Below are positions 59,833 to 64,000 of a stretch of DNA of 64,000 bases, one piece after another (positions within the stretch are counted from its first letter, which is position 1; every line of letters begins with the position of its first letter). A program made the translations under genes and the position numbers. This DNA comes from Longimicrobiales bacterium (lineage in GTDB: Bacteria > Gemmatimonadota > Gemmatimonadetes > Longimicrobiales > Gaopeijiaceae): assembly GCA_965203485.1 (NCBI GenBank), contig OZ241892.1, positions 3,360,001 to 3,424,000 on the forward strand, in the 5' to 3' direction. A model generated the notes under the pieces. That model made no database searches. It had not been told where the DNA came from and worked only from the letters and a program-made list of their open reading frames with translations.

Positions 59833-62397
59833 ATGGCCAAGGCCCCGAAGTCGAAGAAGGACATCCAGAGCTACGCCCACAAGGACAAGGACCGCGCGAA
59901 CAACCCGCCCGTCGGCCTCGTGACGCCCGAGACCGACCGGGACGCCGGCAAGAAGACCTACGCCCACGACCCCCACATCGACCCGGAGCTGTCGTGGGCG
60001 GGCAAGGCCGAGCGCACGTCCTTCGAGGTTCCGACCGTCTCGCTGCACGTCCACGAACGCATCGACCCGCGCACGATCGTCGAAGCCGTCCGGAAGCGCA
60101 ACGGCGAGCCCTCGGGCCAGGCGTCTTTGTTCGAGGACGCCGAGGAAAACCCGCCCATCCGCCAGGCCATCGACTTCTACCGGCACCGGCACAACTGGAC
60201 CAATCGCCTGATCGCCGGCGACAGCCTGCTGGTCATGAACAGCCTCCTGGAGAAGGAAGGCATGGGCGGGCAGGTGCAGATGGTGTACATGGATCCGCCC
60301 TATGGCATTCGCTATGGGTCGAACTTTCAGCCGTTCGTGGGCAAGCGCGACGTGACGGACAGAGAAGACGATCTCACTCGCGAGCCCGAGATGATCCGTG
60401 CTTTTCGTGACACCTGGGAACTCGGCATTCATTCCTATCTGACATATCTCCGCGATCGCCTGTTGTTGGTCAGGGAGCTTCTGACCGACAGCGGCAGTTG
60501 CTTTGTGCAAATCGGAAAGGACAATGTCCACGGCGTCGCGCTCATCATGGACGAGGTGTTCGGCAAGCACAACCGCCTGTCCACCATCTCCTACGCGGCG
60601 ACGAGCGGCAGTTCCGCGAAGACATTGCCGGAAACAGCCAACTACCTGCTCTGGTACGCAAGGGATCGAGGTCGCGCGAAATACCGACAACTGTACGAAT
60701 CGCTCACGCGCCCTGAGATAATTGATCTCTTTGCTTCCTACGTGATGGTCCAGATGCCAGATGGCACGTGTCGCGACCTCACCGACAAGGAGCGGCTTGA
60801 TCCGAACAAGCATTTGCCCAAAGGGGCCAGAATATGTAAGCGCGTGGCTCTCGATTCTCAAGGCGTCTCCACGACGGGACGCTCCGATCCTTACGAATGG
60901 AACGGCGTAGTCTTTCGTTGCGCCCGAAACCGACACTGGAGCGTTTCCCAGCAAGGTATGGATCGCCTAGCAGAGTTGGGTCGTCTGGAAGCCAGGCGGT
61001 CATTGGCGTGGAAGCGATACGAAGACGAAGTGCCGGGACGGCGCATCAACAACATCTGGCACGCGCAGATGTCGCCGAACGACAAGCGATACGTTGTGCA
61101 AACCGACATCAAGACCGTCCGGCGTTGCATCCTCATGACCACGGATCCGGGAGATCTGGTTTTCGATCCGACATGCGGCTCCGGCACCACCGCCCACGTG
61201 GCCGAGCAGTGGGGGCGCCGCTGGGCGACGTGCGACACGTCCCGCGTGGCCGTCGCTGTTGCCCGTCAGCGATTGATGACCTCCAACTTCGACTACTACG
61301 CGCTTGCCCACCCCGAAGAGGGCGTGGGCTCCGGCCTCCGCTATCGCACTGTGGACACCGTGTCCGCCCGGACCTTAGCGTACGACGAGCCGGCGAAGCG
61401 AGTGTCGCTCTACGACCAGCCGAAGATTGACCGCAGCAAGGCACGCGTCACCGGGCCGTTCACCGTCGAGGCCGTTCCAGCTCCGGTGGTGAAGCCTATG
61501 GACCGAGGCGAGGAACCCGCACCGTGGGAAGCTGACGAATCCATTTCCCGGTCGGGCGCAACGATTCGACATAGCGATTGGCGCGACGAGCTGGTGAAGA
61601 CCGGCATTCGTGGCAAGGCAGGCCAAAGGATTTCGTTCGCGCGGCTGGAGCCGTTGTCGGGGGTGCGGTGGCTCCACGCCGAAGGCGACACGCGGCCGGA
61701 CGAGTCCGGACCAGCCAGCGTCCGCGAGGGTACGGCCACGGAAGTGCAACGGGTGGTAGTGTCGTTCGGGCCGGACCACGCGCCGCTGGAGCAACGCCAA
61801 GTCGCCCTTGCTGTCGAGGAGGCGCAAACGTTGGTCCCGCGCCCCAAGATCATTGTCTTCGCTGCATTTCAGTTCGATCCAGAGGCGGCGAAGGACATCG
61901 ACGAGACCAGCTGGCCCGACGTCGAGTTTCTCAAGGCGCACATGAACGCCGACCTGCTTACCGACGACCTGAGACGCAAGCGGACAGGCAACGAGAGCTT
62001 CTGGCTGATCGGCCAGCCGGACGTTGAAGTCGAGATTGTTGGCGACGGCGAGCACGCCGGCAAATACCAAGTGTCGGTCAAGGGCTTCGACTACTACAAT
62101 ACCAAGACGGGCAAGCTCGAGTCCGGCGACGAGGACAAGGTGGCCGTCTGGATGCTCGACCCGGACTACGACGGACGAAGCCTCTTCCCTCGACAGGTGT
62201 TCTTTCCGGCCAGCAACGCGCGCCACGATTGGACGCGGCTAGCCAAGAGCCTCAAGGCTGAGATTGACACCAACCTGATCCAGGCCTACCGCGGTACAGT
62301 CTCGTTGCCGTTTGACGGAGGCAAGTACGGCCGCGCCGCAGTCAAGATCGTGGACGACCGAGGCATCGAAAGCCTCAAGATCGTGGACTTGAAGTGA
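59833..62397 (+). CDS. mod: Type III R-M DNA methyltransferase (Mod)
   Basis: 'NRLIAGDSL', 'YMDPPYGI' and 'DLVFDPTCGSGTT' in beta-class order, with an extended C-terminus, directly upstream of res. Confidence 0.9.
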   Translation: MAKAPKSKKDIQSYAHKDKDRANNPPVGLVTPETDRDAGKKTYAHDPHIDPELSWAGKAERTSFEVPTVSLHVHERIDPRTIVEAVRKRNGEPSGQASLFEDAEENPPIRQAIDFYRHRHNWTNRLIAGDSLLVMNSLLEKEGMGGQVQMVYMDPPYGIRYGSNFQPFVGKRDVTDREDDLTREPEMIRAFRDTWELGIHSYLTYLRDRLLLVRELLTDSGSCFVQIGKDNVHGVALIMDEVFGKHNRLSTISYAATSGSSAKTLPETANYLLWYARDRGRAKYRQLYESLTRPEIIDLFASYVMVQMPDGTCRDLTDKERLDPNKHLPKGARICKRVALDSQGVSTTGRSDPYEWNGVVFRCARNRHWSVSQQGMDRLAELGRLEARRSLAWKRYEDEVPGRRINNIWHAQMSPNDKRYVVQTDIKTVRRCILMTTDPGDLVFDPTCGSGTTAHVAEQWGRRWATCDTSRVAVAVARQRLMTSNFDYYALAHPEEGVGSGLRYRTVDTVSARTLAYDEPAKRVSLYDQPKIDRSKARVTGPFTVEAVPAPVVKPMDRGEEPAPWEADESISRSGATIRHSDWRDELVKTGIRGKAGQRISFARLEPLSGVRWLHAEGDTRPDESGPASVREGTATEVQRVVVSFGPDHAPLEQRQVALAVEEAQTLVPRPKIIVFAAFQFDPEAAKDIDETSWPDVEFLKAHMNADLLTDDLRRKRTGNESFWLIGQPDVEVEIVGDGEHAGKYQVSVKGFDYYNTKTGKLESGDEDKVAVWMLDPDYDGRSLFPRQVFFPASNARHDWTRLAKSLKAEIDTNLIQAYRGTVSLPFDGGKYGRAAVKIVDDRGIESLKIVDLK

Positions 62398-62415
62398 CGA
62401 CGGGTTGACCGGAAC

Positions 62416-64000
62416 ATGCCCCAGTCCACCATCGACCGCCTCATCGTCAATTCCCCATACGACGAACCTGCCCAGCACTGGCGCTACGACCGCAACACAC
62501 GTCTCTTCGACTTGGCGGAGGGCCGTCGCCCCGCCGGCTACGTCGTCGCGTCCCAGGACTCTCGCGCCTTCGACGATCCCGGCGCCTTCGTCGAAATCGC
62601 GCTGGTCAACCGAATTCGTCCACGGGTCAAGGCGTGGCGCAACGCAGGATATCCCGGTGCTTCCGCGACCACGCGCCGGTTGCTCGGGCATTGGACCGAC
62701 CCGGAGGACTTCGACACGCGGCGCTTCTTCTTCTGCCAGATCGAAGCCATCGAAACGCTGATTTGGCTCGCGGAGGCGTCCAGCGAGGAACGGACCGGGA
62801 TTGACGTCCCTTCCGACGGCGGGGAGTTTCAGCGACTGTGCGCGAAGATGGCGACGGGGGCGGGCAAGACGATCGTCATGGCGATGTTGATCGCCTGGCA
62901 GGTGCTCAACAAGGTGGAACGGCCTCGGGACAAGCGGTTTTCGCGAAACGTGCTGGTGGTCGCCCCTGGGTTGACCGTGAAGAGCCGCTTGGCGGTGCTG
63001 AAGCCGGAGCGCCCCGACAACTACTATGCGGCCTTTCGCATCGTGCCGCAGGCGTTCTTCGACAAGTTGCGGCAGGGACGCGTGATCGTTCGCAACTGGC
63101 ACGCGCTGAACTGGGAGTCGGAGGAGAAGGTTGCTCGGCGCAGGAGCGTGGACAAGCGGGGCGTTCGCAGCGACGAGGCGTACGTGCGAGACGTGCTGGG
63201 CGACATGGCGACGGCGCGGGAAATTCTCGTCGTCAACGACGAAGCGCACCACGCTTGGCGCACGGGATCGGTGCGATTGCGGGGGGTTGCCAAGGCCCAG
63301 ATCGAGGAAGCGACGAAGTGGATCGGCGGCCTCGACAGGATCGGCCGAACGCGCGGGATTCTGCGGTGCTACGACTTCTCGGCGACGCCGTTCGCGCCGT
63401 CGGGCGGCCGCAGTTCGGAGGAAGGGCTGTTCGGCTGGATCGTCAGCGACTTCGGATTGAACGACGCCATCGAAGCCGGCCTCGTGAAGACGCCCCGTGT
63501 GGTGGTGCGGGACGACGCCGTGCCCGATGCCAAGTCGTACAAGTCGCGCTTCTACCACATCTACAACGACCCCGAGGTGAAGCCCGACCTCAACAGGAAG
63601 GCGGCCGAGACCGATCCGCTTCCCGACCTCGTGGTCAACGGCTATCACCTGCTGGGATACGATTGGAGGGAGACCGCTAAGGCATGGCGAAAGGCCAAGA
63701 TGGCCGCGCCTCCGACGATGATCACGGTGGCCAACCGCACCGAGACGGCGGCCAGAATCAAGCACGCCTTCGACAAGAACAGGATTCCCGTGCAAGAACT
63801 GTGCGATCCGGAACGGACGCTGCACATCGACTCGAAGGTGCTCGCCAAGGCTGAAGCCGCCGTCGAAGTGACCGGAATCGGCGACAACGGTGGCCAGGGG
63901 GAGTTGCCGTTTGCCGCCACGCGCCCGAGCGACGCGAAGAACGCCGCGGAGCGGGCCGAGCTGCTTCGGCGCCAAGTGGACACGGTGGGTCGGCCCGGAG
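62416..64000 (+). CDS. res: Type III restriction endonuclease/helicase (Res), runs off the window
   Basis: My translation gives 'IVNSPYDEP..HW', 'FFCQIEAIETLIW', Walker A 'KMATGAGKT', 'VNDEAHH', 'DFSATP' and 'AIEAGLVKTP'. Confidence 0.9.
   Translation, partial: MPQSTIDRLIVNSPYDEPAQHWRYDRNTRLFDLAEGRRPAGYVVASQDSRAFDDPGAFVEIALVNRIRPRVKAWRNAGYPGASATTRRLLGHWTDPEDFDTRRFFFCQIEAIETLIWLAEASSEERTGIDVPSDGGEFQRLCAKMATGAGKTIVMAMLIAWQVLNKVERPRDKRFSRNVLVVAPGLTVKSRLAVLKPERPDNYYAAFRIVPQAFFDKLRQGRVIVRNWHALNWESEEKVARRRSVDKRGVRSDEAYVRDVLGDMATAREILVVNDEAHHAWRTGSVRLRGVAKAQIEEATKWIGGLDRIGRTRGILRCYDFSATPFAPSGGRSSEEGLFGWIVSDFGLNDAIEAGLVKTPRVVVRDDAVPDAKSYKSRFYHIYNDPEVKPDLNRKAAETDPLPDLVVNGYHLLGYDWRETAKAWRKAKMAAPPTMITVANRTETAARIKHAFDKNRIPVQELCDPERTLHIDSKVLAKAEAAVEVTGIGDNGGQGELPFAATRPSDAKNAAERAELLRRQVDTVGRPG

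Overview
This is a GC-rich bacterial window. Its gene content (many 6-bladed beta-propeller/NHL proteins, arylsulfotransferase-like proteins, a giant Ig-repeat autotransporter, heptad coiled-coil protein) suggests a Gemmatimonadota-like, possibly host-associated organism; that is inference only. 0-11.6 kb holds a type I-G (I-U) CRISPR-Cas locus (csx17 partial, csb1, csb2, cas4/cas1 fusion, cas2, leader, 64 repeats/63 spacers by my count), ending flush against an IS3-family transposase whose OrfA and OrfB are fused in frame. 11.5-37 kb holds two ASST-like genes, a DUF6036-like nucleotidyltransferase pair, a SAM-I riboswitch-metX-metB operon (metB frameshifted by a 5-bp duplication), a Tat-exported PaoABC-like molybdoenzyme with a cytochrome b, Fic, DUF1684, amidase, a ComEC-like MBL protein and beta-propellers. 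37-43 kb is a 2012-aa autotransporter with 10 DxDxDG-type repeats. 43-58 kb is a tandemly duplicated module whose two copies have decayed reciprocally. It centres on an unusual ECF-sigma/AraC-like fusion and a fixed-spacing motif (GTGTCCGAAAAYGKCTCG-N15-AAGCGTTA, three copies) that precedes signal-peptide mini-ORFs and beta-propellers; this is my best candidate for an undescribed system. 58-64 kb holds a broken ATPase(-TOPRIM) gene, phased palindromic boxes and a type III R-M mod/res pair.
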